A DNA stretch of 64,000 nt from Planctomycetota bacterium (GTDB lineage Bacteria; Planctomycetota; B15-G4). Made by a program: the position numbers and the translations under genes. The notes beneath the pieces were generated by a model. That model made no database searches. It worked only from the letters and a program-made list of their open reading frames with translations, and was not told the origin of the DNA. The DNA lies in assembly GCA_038212275.1 (NCBI GenBank), contig JBBQUR010000006.1, positions 1-64,000 of the forward strand, written 5' to 3'. Shown here in pieces: positions 1 to 10,237 of this stretch (position 1 is the first letter of the stretch; each line of letters begins with the position of its first letter).

Positions 1-341
1 CGCCCCCGGGCTCGAAACCGGGCGCCGGGGGGGGGGGGGGGTTGGGGGGGTTTGCCGGGCGGGCGGGGGGCCGCCCCGCCAACCTCTCCGCGCCCGCCCC
101 CCCCCGGGCCGCCGCGCCGCACAACCCCCCCCCCCCCCCCACCCCCCGCCCCAAGCGACTCACCCTCGACCTCGCCCCCAGCGCGGTCAGCACCCCCGGC
201 GCGCCGCGAAACAAAGCCGTCCCACCCCGACCCTTCGCCGCAAGTCCCCCGTCCCCGTCCGCCGATAGGTCCGAGTCGTGGTGCGCCGGCCCGGGCGATG
301 GATGTCCCGTCGGCGGCGCGCCGTCCGCCGGGATCGATCGC

Positions 342-1898
342 ATGTCGAGCACGTTGCGCGTCTGTCTCGCCGCCGTGGCCATGGCCTTCTCGGCCTTCGT
401 GGTCACGGCCGGCGCGAGCCTGGAGGACATCGGCGGGCACGCCGTGCTCTTCCTGCTGGTGCTCTTCCTCAACGGCTGGCTCATCGCGGTGGCGGAGCGC
501 GCGGTCATGCCGCGCGGCGGGCTGCGCCTCACGCGCTTTCCGCTGGGGCCGCGGCTGCTCACCACCAAGCCTTCGCTGGCGATGCAATTCATCGTGTTCA
601 TCGCGCTGCTCGGGATCGCCACGCAGAGCTGGGCCATCCTCGGCTGGGCGACCCTCATCGTCGCGACGGTCACGATTCACGCCTTGCGCCGCGCGGCGTG
701 GTATGTCGTGCCGGCCGCGCTGCTGGTGAACACGCTGGCCACGATGAAGGAATTCCACACGCTGGGCGACCTCGTGAAGGACGCCAGCGGCTGGATCGTC
801 GCGCTCGTGACCTTCGCGTTGCAGGCGCTCATGGTCTGCGGGCCGCTGCTGCGCACCGACGTGGCCGTGCCGCTGTCGTGGCGCGCGCGCTTCGTCGTGC
901 TGCTGGCCGGACTGCCCGCGTGGGGCGGCGCCTTCTGGGTCTTCAGCCGCACGCCGGTGGCCGGCATGAAGCTCGACCTCGAGGCGATCATGATCGTGCT
1001 GCTGCTCGGCGGCATCGCGCAGTCCGTGGTCGTGGGGCTGCTGGCCAAGCTCATCGCGCTGGACGAGCGCAGCAGTCCGACGAAGCCCGTGCCCTCCGCA
1101 CATGGTGTCGGCCTGGCGCTGCTGCCGATGCTGGTGCCGCTCTTTGCGTGCCTCGCGCTCTACTTCACTCCGGTGCCGGAGGCGGTGTTCGGCGGCGTGT
1201 CGCCCGATGCCTGGAAGGGCCTCATGGTCCTGCTCCTCATCGTGCCGGCCGTGCCCGCCGTGGTGCTCGTGGCCGCGGGACTCGACCGGCTCGATGGCCG
1301 CAATTCCGGCTTCGTCGGAAGCACCGCGGCCGTGGCGACGCTGGGAGTGTGGTTCGTGCTCGGGCCCTACCTGCTGGGTGCGCTCTACGCGCCGGAAGGT
1401 CCCGCGGCGCTGGCGCGCGCCACCTTCGACATGCGCGGCATCTCGCCGCTCGTGGCAGGTCGCGTGAGCGCCGGAGCGCTCTTCACCGGCCAGCACTTCG
1501 GCGGCAACGTCACGCTGGGCGGCATGCAGGTCGCGGACATGTCGCGGGCGGTGACGCTCATGCTGCTGGGCGCGGCGGCTCTCTCGGCGCGCTACATGCG
1601 CCACGCGCGTCCGGTCCAGAAGCCAGCGGGCTGGATGGGACACATCGCCCTCTTCGCGCTCATGGGCGCCGGGTGCTGGCACTTCATGCCGCGCATCGGT
1701 CCGGCCGGCGCGCCGCTCGCCGCGGCCTGCGCCTGCACGGTCCTGCTCGCGCTGGACATCCTGCACTCCGAGATCCGCATCAAGGTGCGCGGCGACGAGC
1801 CCGTGCCGGTGGACAACGTCGGCGCCCTGGCGCCGGAACCCTCGGCGCCGCTGCTGGCCGCCGACGACGAAGCGCGCGACATCCGTCTCATCACCTGA
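342..1898 (+). CDS. Polytopic integral membrane protein, unknown function
   Basis: Part of ORF 42..1898; coding-like codon usage begins at ATG 342 (MSSTLRVCLAAV); roughly a dozen or more hydrophobic segments. Confidence 0.75.
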   Translation: MSSTLRVCLAAVAMAFSAFVVTAGASLEDIGGHAVLFLLVLFLNGWLIAVAERAVMPRGGLRLTRFPLGPRLLTTKPSLAMQFIVFIALLGIATQSWAILGWATLIVATVTIHALRRAAWYVVPAALLVNTLATMKEFHTLGDLVKDASGWIVALVTFALQALMVCGPLLRTDVAVPLSWRARFVVLLAGLPAWGGAFWVFSRTPVAGMKLDLEAIMIVLLLGGIAQSVVVGLLAKLIALDERSSPTKPVPSAHGVGLALLPMLVPLFACLALYFTPVPEAVFGGVSPDAWKGLMVLLLIVPAVPAVVLVAAGLDRLDGRNSGFVGSTAAVATLGVWFVLGPYLLGALYAPEGPAALARATFDMRGISPLVAGRVSAGALFTGQHFGGNVTLGGMQVADMSRAVTLMLLGAAALSARYMRHARPVQKPAGWMGHIALFALMGAGCWHFMPRIGPAGAPLAAACACTVLLALDILHSEIRIKVRGDEPVPVDNVGALAPEPSAPLLAADDEARDIRLIT

Positions 1899-1914
1899 GC
1901 CGGCGGGCGCGCCC

Positions 1915-2694
1915 TCAGTCGCGGCGGTAGGTGCCCAGCAGGCAGGTCTCGGGATAGTGCAGGCCCACGGCGGCGAGCGCGCGCCAGGTCGTGAGCTCCA
2001 CGCGATTGAGCAGCTTGAAGCGCTGCAGCGTGCGGCAGTCGTCCAGGTAGTGGAAGGAGGTTTCACGCAGGCCGTGCGCGCCGAGCAGCTGCGCGAGGCG
2101 CCGGCGCGTGTTCATCCGGAAGTAGGTGGGGAAGGTGTCCTTCTCGTCCGTCTTCCAGAGCAGTTTCTTGAGCGGATGGTGCAGGCCGAAGGGGACGCAC
2201 TTGGCGATCAGCGACACCGGTGCCCAGAGATTGACGGTGTAGATGAGCACCGTGCCGCCCGGCTTGACCATCGTGCCGAGCGCGGCCGCGGCGGCCTCCG
2301 CCGTCGGGATGTGCTCGGCCACCATGCGCAGCGTGACGAGGTCGAAGGGCTGCTCGGGCCGGAAGTCCGTGAGCAGGGCGCGCACCTTGCGGTGCACGAA
2401 GGGATTTTCTTCCAGGGTCTCGTCCGGGTCCACGCCGACGAGCAGGCCCGCGCGGTCGGCCAGCTCGCGCGCGAGCCGCTTGTTGCTGGGGAAGAGCTCG
2501 TGCCCGCAGCCGATGTCGGCCCAGCTGCTGCCGGGTGTCACCAGCTGCGCGACGGTGGCCTCGTAAAGGTCGTCGGGCGTGCGGTAGCCGAGGCGCTGTC
2601 GCAGCAGCGGCCCCCAGCCGGTGGGCGGATCGCCGTACTTGAGGGCCAGCACATGCGCGATGCCCGCCTCGGGCAGGTCGGTCTGAGCGGACAT
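1915..2694 (-). CDS. Class I SAM-dependent methyltransferase
   Basis: WADIGCG motif I, FDLVTLRMVAEHI, VKPGG; RBS-like AAGGGAG upstream. Confidence 0.85.
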   Translation of the reverse strand: MSAQTDLPEAGIAHVLALKYGDPPTGWGPLLRQRLGYRTPDDLYEATVAQLVTPGSSWADIGCGHELFPSNKRLARELADRAGLLVGVDPDETLEENPFVHRKVRALLTDFRPEQPFDLVTLRMVAEHIPTAEAAAAALGTMVKPGGTVLIYTVNLWAPVSLIAKCVPFGLHHPLKKLLWKTDEKDTFPTYFRMNTRRRLAQLLGAHGLRETSFHYLDDCRTLQRFKLLNRVELTTWRALAAVGLHYPETCLLGTYRRD

Positions 2695-2801
2695 CTGTCT
2701 CCCTTGCGGCGTCGAGGCCGCGGCATCGGGGCCGCGGCGGCGGGGGCAGCGGGTGCAGCGGCGGCGGACCGTCGCCCGGCCGTGCTGCCGGGCCGGCGCG
2801 A

Positions 2802-2893
2802 ATGATACCGATGGGACGGCGCAGGCGAGAGCACAAGCCGCCGGAAGCGTGACGCCACGGCAGCGCTTTTCAGGCGGGTCGCCGCGCTATCAT
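2802..2893. promoter_or_regulatory. Divergent -10 hexamers (TATCAT) for the methyltransferase and the peroxiredoxin
   Basis: TATCAT on minus strand at 2802-2807 and on plus strand at 2888-2893 in a GC-rich intergenic region. Confidence 0.4.
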
Positions 2894-2943
2894 CGCGCGC
2901 CCATTCCGCACGCCTGCCGCACCTGCGGCACGAGGAGCTTCCC

Positions 2944-3603
2944 ATGACCGACACCGTCAACGTCCCGCACACCGCGCCGCTTCGCATCGGCGATCGCGCG
3001 CCCGACTTCAAGGCCGACACCACGCACGGCCCGCTGGAGTTCTCCAAGTTCGCGGACGGTCACTGGGTCGTGCTCTTCTCGCACCCGGCCGACTTCACGC
3101 CCGTCTGCACGACCGAGTTCGTGGGCTTCGCGAGCAAAGCCGACGAGTTCGACAAGCGCGGCGTCAAGCTCATCGGCAACAGCATCGACAGCGTCTTCTC
3201 GCACATCGCCTGGGTGCGCGACATCGAGCGCAGCCACAAGGTGTCCATCCGCTTCCCGGTCATCGCGGACCTCGACCAGCGCGTGGCGCGCCTCTACGGC
3301 ATGGTGCACGAGCCCACCTCGGTCACCGCGACGGTGCGCTGCGTCTTCGTCATCGACCCGAAGATGACCGTGCGCGCGATGATCTACTACCCGATGAGCG
3401 CGGGCCGCAACATCGACGAGGTGCTGCGCCTCATCGACGCGCTGCAGACCGGCGACGAAAAGGGAGTGGCCACGCCCGCCAACTGGAAGAAGGGCGACGA
3501 CTGCATCGTGCCCCCGCCGAAGACGCAGGCCGACGCCGAGAAACGCATGGCCGACAAGTCCATGAAGGTCACGGACTGGTACTTCAGCAAGAAGCCGGTC
3601 TGA
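2944..3603 (+). CDS. Peroxiredoxin, Prx6 (1-Cys-type) subfamily
   Basis: FSHPADFTPVCTTEF active site, YYPMSAGRNIDEVLR, ATPANWKKG; RBS GAGGAG. Confidence 0.95.
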   Translation: MTDTVNVPHTAPLRIGDRAPDFKADTTHGPLEFSKFADGHWVVLFSHPADFTPVCTTEFVGFASKADEFDKRGVKLIGNSIDSVFSHIAWVRDIERSHKVSIRFPVIADLDQRVARLYGMVHEPTSVTATVRCVFVIDPKMTVRAMIYYPMSAGRNIDEVLRLIDALQTGDEKGVATPANWKKGDDCIVPPPKTQADAEKRMADKSMKVTDWYFSKKPV

Positions 3604-3612
3604 GCGGGGCCC

Positions 3613-6600
3613 TCAGCGCGCCGGCAGTTCGCGGATGCGGATGTTGCGGTAGGCCACCGTGTCGCCGTGGTCCTGCAGGACGATGACTCCCGCGGCGCGC
3701 GTGCCGTGGTCGGGCATCGAGGCGAACTTGCTCGCGGCGATGAGCGCCTCCCATTCCGGGCTGTGCAGGTCGTAGGACACCTGTTTCTCGCCGTTGAGCC
3801 AGTGCTCCACGTGGTTGCCCTGCACGAGGATGCGCGCGTGATTCCAGTGGCCGACGGGGCGCGTGCTGTCGCGCGGCGGTGCGTAGAGCGCGTAGCACGC
3901 ACCGGCCGAGGTCAGCGGATTCATGCCGTCCGCGTGGCGCGTGTTGTCCAGCACCTGCATCTCCGGGCCGGTCTCCCAGGGAGAGGCGTGGTCCTCGGTG
4001 ACGCGGTACAGGATGCCGCTGTTGCCGCCGGGCGAGATGCGCCAGTCCAGGCGCAGGTCGAAGTTCGCGAACACCTCGTCGGTGGCGAGGTCGCCGCCGG
4101 AGCCGGTGTGCACGATCGCGCCGTCGAGCACGGCCCAGCCGTCAGGGTGCGTGCCTGCGCCAGCGGCGGACGGGTCCTCCCAGTCCTGGCCCATGAGGTG
4201 CTTCTCGTACTGCTCGTGCATGGCGGCCGACTCTTCGGCCCACTTGGCCGCCACCGCGGCGGCCGCGGAGCCGGGGGCGGCGGGATCTCCGGCCTGCGCG
4301 TCGGACGCGGCAGCATCGGGGGCGGCAGGCGCGGCACCAGCCGGCGCGGCGGCGACGGGCGCCTTGCCGAACGTGTGCCATCCGTGGAAGGTCGTTCCGT
4401 TGAAGAGCAGCTTCCAACCCGCCTGGGCTTCGCCGGGCGTCAGCGTGTTCGGCGAGGACACGAGCGGTGACTCGTCGATGCGACCCCTGCGCTCGCCGGG
4501 GATGCGGTTCACGGTGATCCAGGCCTCGGTGCTCCACAGCCGCGCGCTGGCGTCGGGGCGCGCGCCGGCCGGCGTGTGGTCGTTGCGGTCGGCGCGCAGC
4601 GCGTCATCCACGCGCAGGTGCAGCACGTGGCCCGGCAGCATGCCCTGCAACTGCAGGAAGACGCGGCGCCTGTCCTCCGACACGTTGGAAGAGATCACGG
4701 GCAGTTCGGTGAGGTCGAGCTTGTCGCCGCCGTAATCCGGGCTGGGCTCGTAGCGCCACTGCTGGATGAACCAGGCGTCCTTGTCCCAGCCGTCGCCGAC
4801 GGCGAGCGGCTGCGTGAACTCGACCTCCAGGCCGTTGGTCATCGCGCGCACCGCGAGCATCTCGAAGACGCTGCGCCCGTTGCGCCGCAGCCGCTGCAGG
4901 CCGAAGCGCTCCTTGCCTTCCTGGCCCCAGTTGCCGGTGGACCCGATGCCGCCGACGTAGAGCGCGCCGTCCGGGCCCCAGCACAGCCGGTTGACGCCGG
5001 CCTCGAGCCCCTGCGTGAAACGGAAGACGCAACCTTGCTCCACGCCGTCGACGACCTCGACGAAGACGCGCTGCAGGCCGCCGTAGGTGACGTCGCCGAG
5101 CAGCAGCTGGCCCTGGTAGGGCGCGTCGCGCATCGCGACCGGCTGGCTGGGCGAGTTGCCGATCTCGCCTTGCGGCAACCACACGACGGGCGGCGTGACC
5201 TCGGGCCACTCGACGGGATGCGCCGGATCGGGACCGGGCCGCACACCTGCCGGCTTCTGGATGGGGTTGGTCGGCGCGCCGGAGACGGAGACCGAGACGC
5301 CATCGCCCGCGAAGGGCGGCACCGCGTAGCTGCCGTAGAAAGCGCCGCGCTGCGCGCGCAGCAGCTTGCTGCTCGGGAGCCAGTCGCCCTGATTGTCGAT
5401 CATGTAGATCGGCGGCAGCTTGCCGGTGCCGGGCAGCGGCGTCGCGCCGGGTGCACGCTCGGGCGCGGGCCCGAGGCCGATGCCGTTCGGCGCGCGCAGG
5501 CCGCGCGCGATGATCTCGTGGTGGCCCTCGGTGATGCGCACGAGGCTGCCGCGCTCGGCCGCCTGTTCTTTGGAGCTGCGTCCGCCGGGGTCGATCGCGA
5601 TGGCGAGGTTGGCCCAGAAGGCGCCGTCGGCGTACACGAGCCCGAAGGCGAACTCGTGGAAATTGCCGCTCACGCTCCAGTCGTTGCAGACGCAGCGGTA
5701 TTCGTCGGCGATGCCGTCGTTGTCGTGGTCGAGGATCTCCGTCAGCTCCTGCTTCTGCAGCACGAAGATGCGGCCGTCCACGACGCACAGGCCCAGCGGT
5801 TCCGCGAGGCCGGCGGCGAGGCGGTGCGCGGTGATCTTCGACGGGTCGTTGCCCTGCACGCCGGAGAGCAGCCACACGGCGCCGTCCTTGTCCCAGGTGC
5901 AGAGCACGAGCCGGCCGTCGGGCAGGAAGTCCATGCCGCCGACCTTCGGCTGAAAGCCGTCGGGCCGGATGGTCATGAGGTCGTAGCCGGGGTGCACGGC
6001 GTCCAGCGGCATGGCGTCGCCGGGGCGTCCGCGCGCGAGCGGGTGGATGGCCGCCTTGATGCCGGGCGACGTGACGCGCACCTCGCCGGCCTGGCACGAC
6101 AGCGCGGACGTCGGCACGAGCGTGAACTCCGTCGCGCCCGGCGGCATCCATTCCAGCGTGAGCTGCTCGTCGCCGCCTTCCTCGAAGTGCCGCACGAGCA
6201 GCGCGTGCTCGCCGGCCGACAACTCCATCGTGCCGTCCACCGGCGACGCGCTGTGCAGGCCGTCGGCGTCGACGACCACGTGCCAGTCGAGCGAGAGCGT
6301 CGAGCCGTCGTCGCTCGTGAGCCGGAACGCGTAAGGCCCCGCGTCCGCGACGGTCAGGAAGCCCTCGGCCGTGGTGACGAAGGTGTCTGCGATCGGTCCG
6401 AAGTCGCCGCGCTCCCCGCGCAGGTCGAGCACCGGCGACACGAAGGACACGTTGGGCGTCTGCCCGGGCACGAGCAGCAGCAGCCGGTCCATCGGCCCGT
6501 CGACGTCGTACACGCGCACCGAGAGGCCCGGTTCGTGCGCGGGGGGCGACTCCTGCGCGAACGCTGCGGGCAGCATGGCGGACATGCCGAGCGCGGTGAG

Positions 6601-6693
6601 AACGACGAGCGGGGTGCGGCGGGCGTCACGCGACGCGTCGTGCGTCGCGGCGTGCGGGAGCAGGCCCCGACGGTCGCGTCCTCGTGTGGTCAT
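3613..6693 (-). CDS. Secreted multidomain protein: PA14 + sugar-dehydrogenase-like beta-propeller + C-terminal DUF1080 (3-keto-disaccharide hydrolase/lyase-like)
   Basis: Signal peptide (AMLPAAFAQ); PA14 FRLTSDDGS; propeller motifs GLAEPLGL, FHEFAFGL, GLRAPNGIG; DUF1080 GWKLLFNG, GGNSGILYR, EMQVLD, LQDHGDTVAYRNIRI; ATG 6693 overlaps upstream stop. Confidence 0.88.
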   Translation of the reverse strand: MTTRGRDRRGLLPHAATHDASRDARRTPLVVLTALGMSAMLPAAFAQESPPAHEPGLSVRVYDVDGPMDRLLLLVPGQTPNVSFVSPVLDLRGERGDFGPIADTFVTTAEGFLTVADAGPYAFRLTSDDGSTLSLDWHVVVDADGLHSASPVDGTMELSAGEHALLVRHFEEGGDEQLTLEWMPPGATEFTLVPTSALSCQAGEVRVTSPGIKAAIHPLARGRPGDAMPLDAVHPGYDLMTIRPDGFQPKVGGMDFLPDGRLVLCTWDKDGAVWLLSGVQGNDPSKITAHRLAAGLAEPLGLCVVDGRIFVLQKQELTEILDHDNDGIADEYRCVCNDWSVSGNFHEFAFGLVYADGAFWANLAIAIDPGGRSSKEQAAERGSLVRITEGHHEIIARGLRAPNGIGLGPAPERAPGATPLPGTGKLPPIYMIDNQGDWLPSSKLLRAQRGAFYGSYAVPPFAGDGVSVSVSGAPTNPIQKPAGVRPGPDPAHPVEWPEVTPPVVWLPQGEIGNSPSQPVAMRDAPYQGQLLLGDVTYGGLQRVFVEVVDGVEQGCVFRFTQGLEAGVNRLCWGPDGALYVGGIGSTGNWGQEGKERFGLQRLRRNGRSVFEMLAVRAMTNGLEVEFTQPLAVGDGWDKDAWFIQQWRYEPSPDYGGDKLDLTELPVISSNVSEDRRRVFLQLQGMLPGHVLHLRVDDALRADRNDHTPAGARPDASARLWSTEAWITVNRIPGERRGRIDESPLVSSPNTLTPGEAQAGWKLLFNGTTFHGWHTFGKAPVAAAPAGAAPAAPDAAASDAQAGDPAAPGSAAAAVAAKWAEESAAMHEQYEKHLMGQDWEDPSAAGAGTHPDGWAVLDGAIVHTGSGGDLATDEVFANFDLRLDWRISPGGNSGILYRVTEDHASPWETGPEMQVLDNTRHADGMNPLTSAGACYALYAPPRDSTRPVGHWNHARILVQGNHVEHWLNGEKQVSYDLHSPEWEALIAASKFASMPDHGTRAAGVIVLQDHGDTVAYRNIRIRELPAR

Positions 6694-7685
6694 GGCGCTC
6701 CCGGCTGCTCGAAGGATTTCGTGAGCAGGGTCCGGCCTTGCGAGAGTTGCATCGTGAATCCGAGGCCCGCATTGGATTCCATGAAATCGACGCCCTGCAC
6801 CTTGCTGCCGGCGCAGTCCGCCCGCAGGTGCAACCACGCGTCGGCTGTGCATGTGTCCTGCTGAAGCAGCAGCGTGCTGTCGGGCGGAGCGAAGACCTCG
6901 AAGAGTCGCAGCAGGGCCGGCTTGCCCTTGGCGTCGCGCGTGACTTCAGGAGTTTCCAGCACGCAGGCGTACGGCGGTGCGTCCGGAGCGAGACTCGCGC
7001 CGTCCGGCCGACGGAGGTTCCACTGAAGCGTCACGTGGCCTTCCTTCAGCGTGTAGCCGGAGAACTGCACGCGGGCCGGCTCGCCCGGCGCCAGCAGCCA
7101 CGTCGATCCCGCCAACGGATCGTTCAGCTCCTCGCCGCGTGACGTGGGCTGCGGACCGTGAACGGTGGTGTAGACCGGGCCGTCAAAGTTCACGTCACCG
7201 AGCCAGGCCTTTGCGAGCGTGCCGCTCTGCGTGTCGTAGGCGAGACAGAGCTCGTCACCCAGCTCGATGACGAGCATGCGCGGACGCTGGTCGAGCACGC
7301 AGCGCAGCACCCACGGATCGCCGGGCCGTGCAGCCGCTGGAGGCAGGTCCGGCAGCTCGCCTTGTTCGAAGGCCCCGAGCATTGTCGATGTACCGTGGAG
7401 CGTGGAGTAGTCGGTGCCGGCGAAGGCGCCGCGGAACGCGACGTCCCCATGGCCATCCGCCGCGAAGGACTGGCAGCCGGGCAGCAGGGCCGCGACGACC
7501 AGCAGCGGACGCAGCTGTCGGGCCGCGCGACGCACCTGTCGGGCCGCGCAACGCACCGCAGCATGTGTCGTGACGCCCGTCGCGGCATGCGCCAGGGCAC
7601 GCGTCTGGAGATGCGTCGTGACACAGGTCGTGGCACCGAGCGCCGCGCTGTCCGTGAGCGCTGATCCGCAGGCGGGGTGGATCAC
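6690..7685 (-). CDS. Putative lipoprotein partner of the PA14/DUF1080 protein (start uncertain)
   Basis: 3' part of ORF 6690..9089; GTG 7685 overlaps MFS stop; lipobox LLPGC; conserved-looking block DPWVLRCVLDQRPRML...VNFDGPVYTTVHGPQPTSRG. Confidence 0.7.
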   Translation of the reverse strand: MIHPACGSALTDSAALGATTCVTTHLQTRALAHAATGVTTHAAVRCAARQVRRAARQLRPLLVVAALLPGCQSFAADGHGDVAFRGAFAGTDYSTLHGTSTMLGAFEQGELPDLPPAAARPGDPWVLRCVLDQRPRMLVIELGDELCLAYDTQSGTLAKAWLGDVNFDGPVYTTVHGPQPTSRGEELNDPLAGSTWLLAPGEPARVQFSGYTLKEGHVTLQWNLRRPDGASLAPDAPPYACVLETPEVTRDAKGKPALLRLFEVFAPPDSTLLLQQDTCTADAWLHLRADCAGSKVQGVDFMESNAGLGFTMQLSQGRTLLTKSFEQPGAP

Positions 7686-9064
7686 GTGCGGGCTCCCTGC
7701 GGCGCGGCCACTGCCGCCGGCGGCGCGGCCGCCTCGTCGCGGAAGGTCGCGACCACGATGAGGAAGGCCACGGCGGCAAAGGCCGCGAGCGACATCCACA
7801 TCGGGGAGTAGTCGAGCGCGCCGGACGGCGTCGTGAACATCTCGGCCAGCTTGCCGGAGAGCATGCCGCCCAGCACCGGGCCGCCGCCCAGCATGATGAT
7901 GCCGAAGACGGTCTGCGCGGAGTGCCGGATGTCGGGCGGCGCGATGCGGTCCACGTAGATGTAGGAGGCTGCGAAGAAGCAGGCGTAGCCCACACCGTGC
8001 AGCACGAGGCTGCCGACGAGCACTTCGGTGGGCAGCGTCGTCTGGCTCCAGATGAGGTAGCGCAGCACGTAGGACAGCGCGCCGATGGCGAGCACCGCGC
8101 GGAAACCCAGCTTCGCGAGCATCCAGCCGAGGATGCCGATGACGGCGATCTCGGAAAACTGCCCGATGGTCATCGCCGGCCCCACGTCGCTGTCGCGCAG
8201 CCCGAGCGTCACGAGGTACGGGCCGGCCTGCATGAAGTAGATCTGGTGGATCATCGAGATGACCAGGCCCGCGAAGAGCAGCATCGCGAAGGACGGCCGG
8301 CGCAGCAGGCCGAAGGCGCGCGCGAAGGCCAGGCTCTGCACGCCGTCCTTTTTCGGCGGCGTGTCCGGCAGCGTGAGGCAGTAAGCCGCGTAGATGAGGG
8401 ACAGGATGCCCGAGAAGCGCAGCGCGTCCGCGAGGTGCGCGGTGGCGTCCTTGACCTCCGGCCCGTTGAGGAAGGGCGGCATCCACTGCGCGTGCAGCGA
8501 GGTCTGCAGCCAGATCATCGGGAAGGCCCAGCTCGCCGCGATCCAGCCGATGCTGCCCCAGACGCGCACCTTCGGAAAGTCGCGCGTGCGGTCGGCGACG
8601 TGTGCGAAGGCTACGGAGTTGGAGAGCGCGAGCGTCGGCATGTAGAGCACGCCGTAGGCGATGGAGAGCCAGAGCCACGCGTCGTAGCCGGTCTGCGAGG
8701 CCGTGATCCACTTGAGGATGCCGCCCAGCAGCAGCAGCACCGCGAGGAACTTCTGCGCGGAGAAGTAGCGGTCCGCGAACTGCCCCGCGATGAAGGGCGC
8801 CGAGATGGCGCCGATGGAGCCCGCAAGCCCGATCAGCATGCTCATCTGCGCCACGCTGAAGCCAAGGCCACCCTCGCCGACCGTCGCGGTCATGTAACGT
8901 GCGGCCAGCGGCAGCCACGCGCCCCAGACCGCGTACTGCAGGAACATCATCACGGCGAGGCGCGGCACGGCGCCCGGCGTGCCGCCTGCGTGCGACGCCG
9001 CGGCGCGTCCGGCGGCTGTCTCGGCGGCGCGGGAGCGTGCGGAGGACGCAGCACCGCTGGTCAT
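7682..9064 (-). CDS. MFS transporter, nucleoside:H+ symporter (NupG/XapB/YegT-like) family
   Basis: [58 protein letters not shown] 9064 overlaps upstream stop. Confidence 0.9.
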   Translation of the reverse strand: MTSGAASSARSRAAETAAGRAAASHAGGTPGAVPRLAVMMFLQYAVWGAWLPLAARYMTATVGEGGLGFSVAQMSMLIGLAGSIGAISAPFIAGQFADRYFSAQKFLAVLLLLGGILKWITASQTGYDAWLWLSIAYGVLYMPTLALSNSVAFAHVADRTRDFPKVRVWGSIGWIAASWAFPMIWLQTSLHAQWMPPFLNGPEVKDATAHLADALRFSGILSLIYAAYCLTLPDTPPKKDGVQSLAFARAFGLLRRPSFAMLLFAGLVISMIHQIYFMQAGPYLVTLGLRDSDVGPAMTIGQFSEIAVIGILGWMLAKLGFRAVLAIGALSYVLRYLIWSQTTLPTEVLVGSLVLHGVGYACFFAASYIYVDRIAPPDIRHSAQTVFGIIMLGGGPVLGGMLSGKLAEMFTTPSGALDYSPMWMSLAAFAAVAFLIVVATFRDEAAAPPAAVAAPQGART

Positions 9065-10170
9065 GCGCGCTTCTCCGCGAAGGCGGCATCGAAGGCGCGC
9101 GCGCTCGGCGCGAAATCGAGGCGCTTCACGAAGGCGCAGCTCTCGGCGGCGCCGGCCTCGCGGTCCATCATCGGGTCCTCCCATTCCACCGTGAGCGGCC
9201 CGCGATAGTCGGCGTGATTCAGGGCGCGCACGATGCCCTCGAAGTCCACGCAGCCGCGGCCCAGCGAGCGGAAGTCCCAGCTGCGGCCGGCCTCGCCGAA
9301 GCCGAGGTGCCCGCCGAAGACGCCGGCCTCGCCGCGCTCCGTCCACCACACGTCCTTCATGTGCACGTTGCAGATGCGGCTGCCGAACTCGCGCAGGAAT
9401 GCGAGGTAGTCCACGCGCTGGTAGCCGAGGTGCGACGGGTCGAAGTTGAAGCCGAAGTTCGGGTGCTGCGACACCGCGGCCAGCGTGCGCCGCGTGGAGG
9501 CGATGTCGAAGGCGATCTCGGTGGGGTGCACCTCGAGCGCGAAGTGCACGCGCTGCTTTTCGAAGTGCTCCAATATCGGCAGCCAGCGCCTGCCGAAGTC
9601 CGCGTAGCCCTTGTCGATGGCGCCGGGGCCCGCGGGCGGGAAGCCGTACATCAGGTGCCAGATCGGGCTGCCGGTGAATCCGTTCACGACCGTGCGTCCC
9701 GTGGCGGACAGGCGCGCCTTCACCGCGGCCGGCGCGGCATCGAAGAAGCGCCGCGCCGCGCTGGCGGTGTCCATGATCTCGCGCGACGCGCGACGACGCA
9801 CGCCTTCCGGATCGCCGTCGCCCCAGATCTCAGCGGGGAGGATCGCGCGGTGGCGCTCGTCGATGAGGTCGCAGGTCGCCTGCCCGATGAGGTGGCTGCT
9901 GATCGCGTAGCACGACAGGCCGTGATCGGAGAGCAGCTCCCAGCGCTCCTTGCAGTCGTTCCGGTCATCGAGCGCGCCGTGCACGTCGAAGTGATCGCCC
10001 CACACCGCGAGTTCGAGGCCGTCGTAGCCGAAGCGCGCAGCCTTGGCGCAGAGGTCGCTCAGCGGCAGGTCGGCCCACTGGCCGGTGAACAGACAGACGG
10101 GGCGGTTCCCGTGCGGGCTCGTGCTCATGGCGGCGGCATCCAGCGGGGTCAACGGCGCGGGCGGAGTCAC
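9061..10170 (-). CDS. Sugar phosphate isomerase/epimerase (AP endonuclease 2 TIM barrel); alternative start ATG 10128
   Basis: [55 protein letters not shown]. Confidence 0.92.
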   Translation of the reverse strand: MTPPAPLTPLDAAAMSTSPHGNRPVCLFTGQWADLPLSDLCAKAARFGYDGLELAVWGDHFDVHGALDDRNDCKERWELLSDHGLSCYAISSHLIGQATCDLIDERHRAILPAEIWGDGDPEGVRRRASREIMDTASAARRFFDAAPAAVKARLSATGRTVVNGFTGSPIWHLMYGFPPAGPGAIDKGYADFGRRWLPILEHFEKQRVHFALEVHPTEIAFDIASTRRTLAAVSQHPNFGFNFDPSHLGYQRVDYLAFLREFGSRICNVHMKDVWWTERGEAGVFGGHLGFGEAGRSWDFRSLGRGCVDFEGIVRALNHADYRGPLTVEWEDPMMDREAGAAESCAFVKRLDFAPSARAFDAAFAEKRA

Positions 10171-10237
10171 TGCGGGGCGGGCAGCAGCTTAACGAACCGC
10201 GTGATCCGTGGAAGCAGGCGCTCGCGCGCGCCGCGGC

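Noticed and set aside
1..240. Long G and C homopolymers and the Pro-rich N-terminus of ORF 42..1898 (possible G-quadruplex or phase-variable tract)
   Set aside because: At the window edge and unlike the rest of the sequence; most likely low-quality consensus. Real start taken as 342
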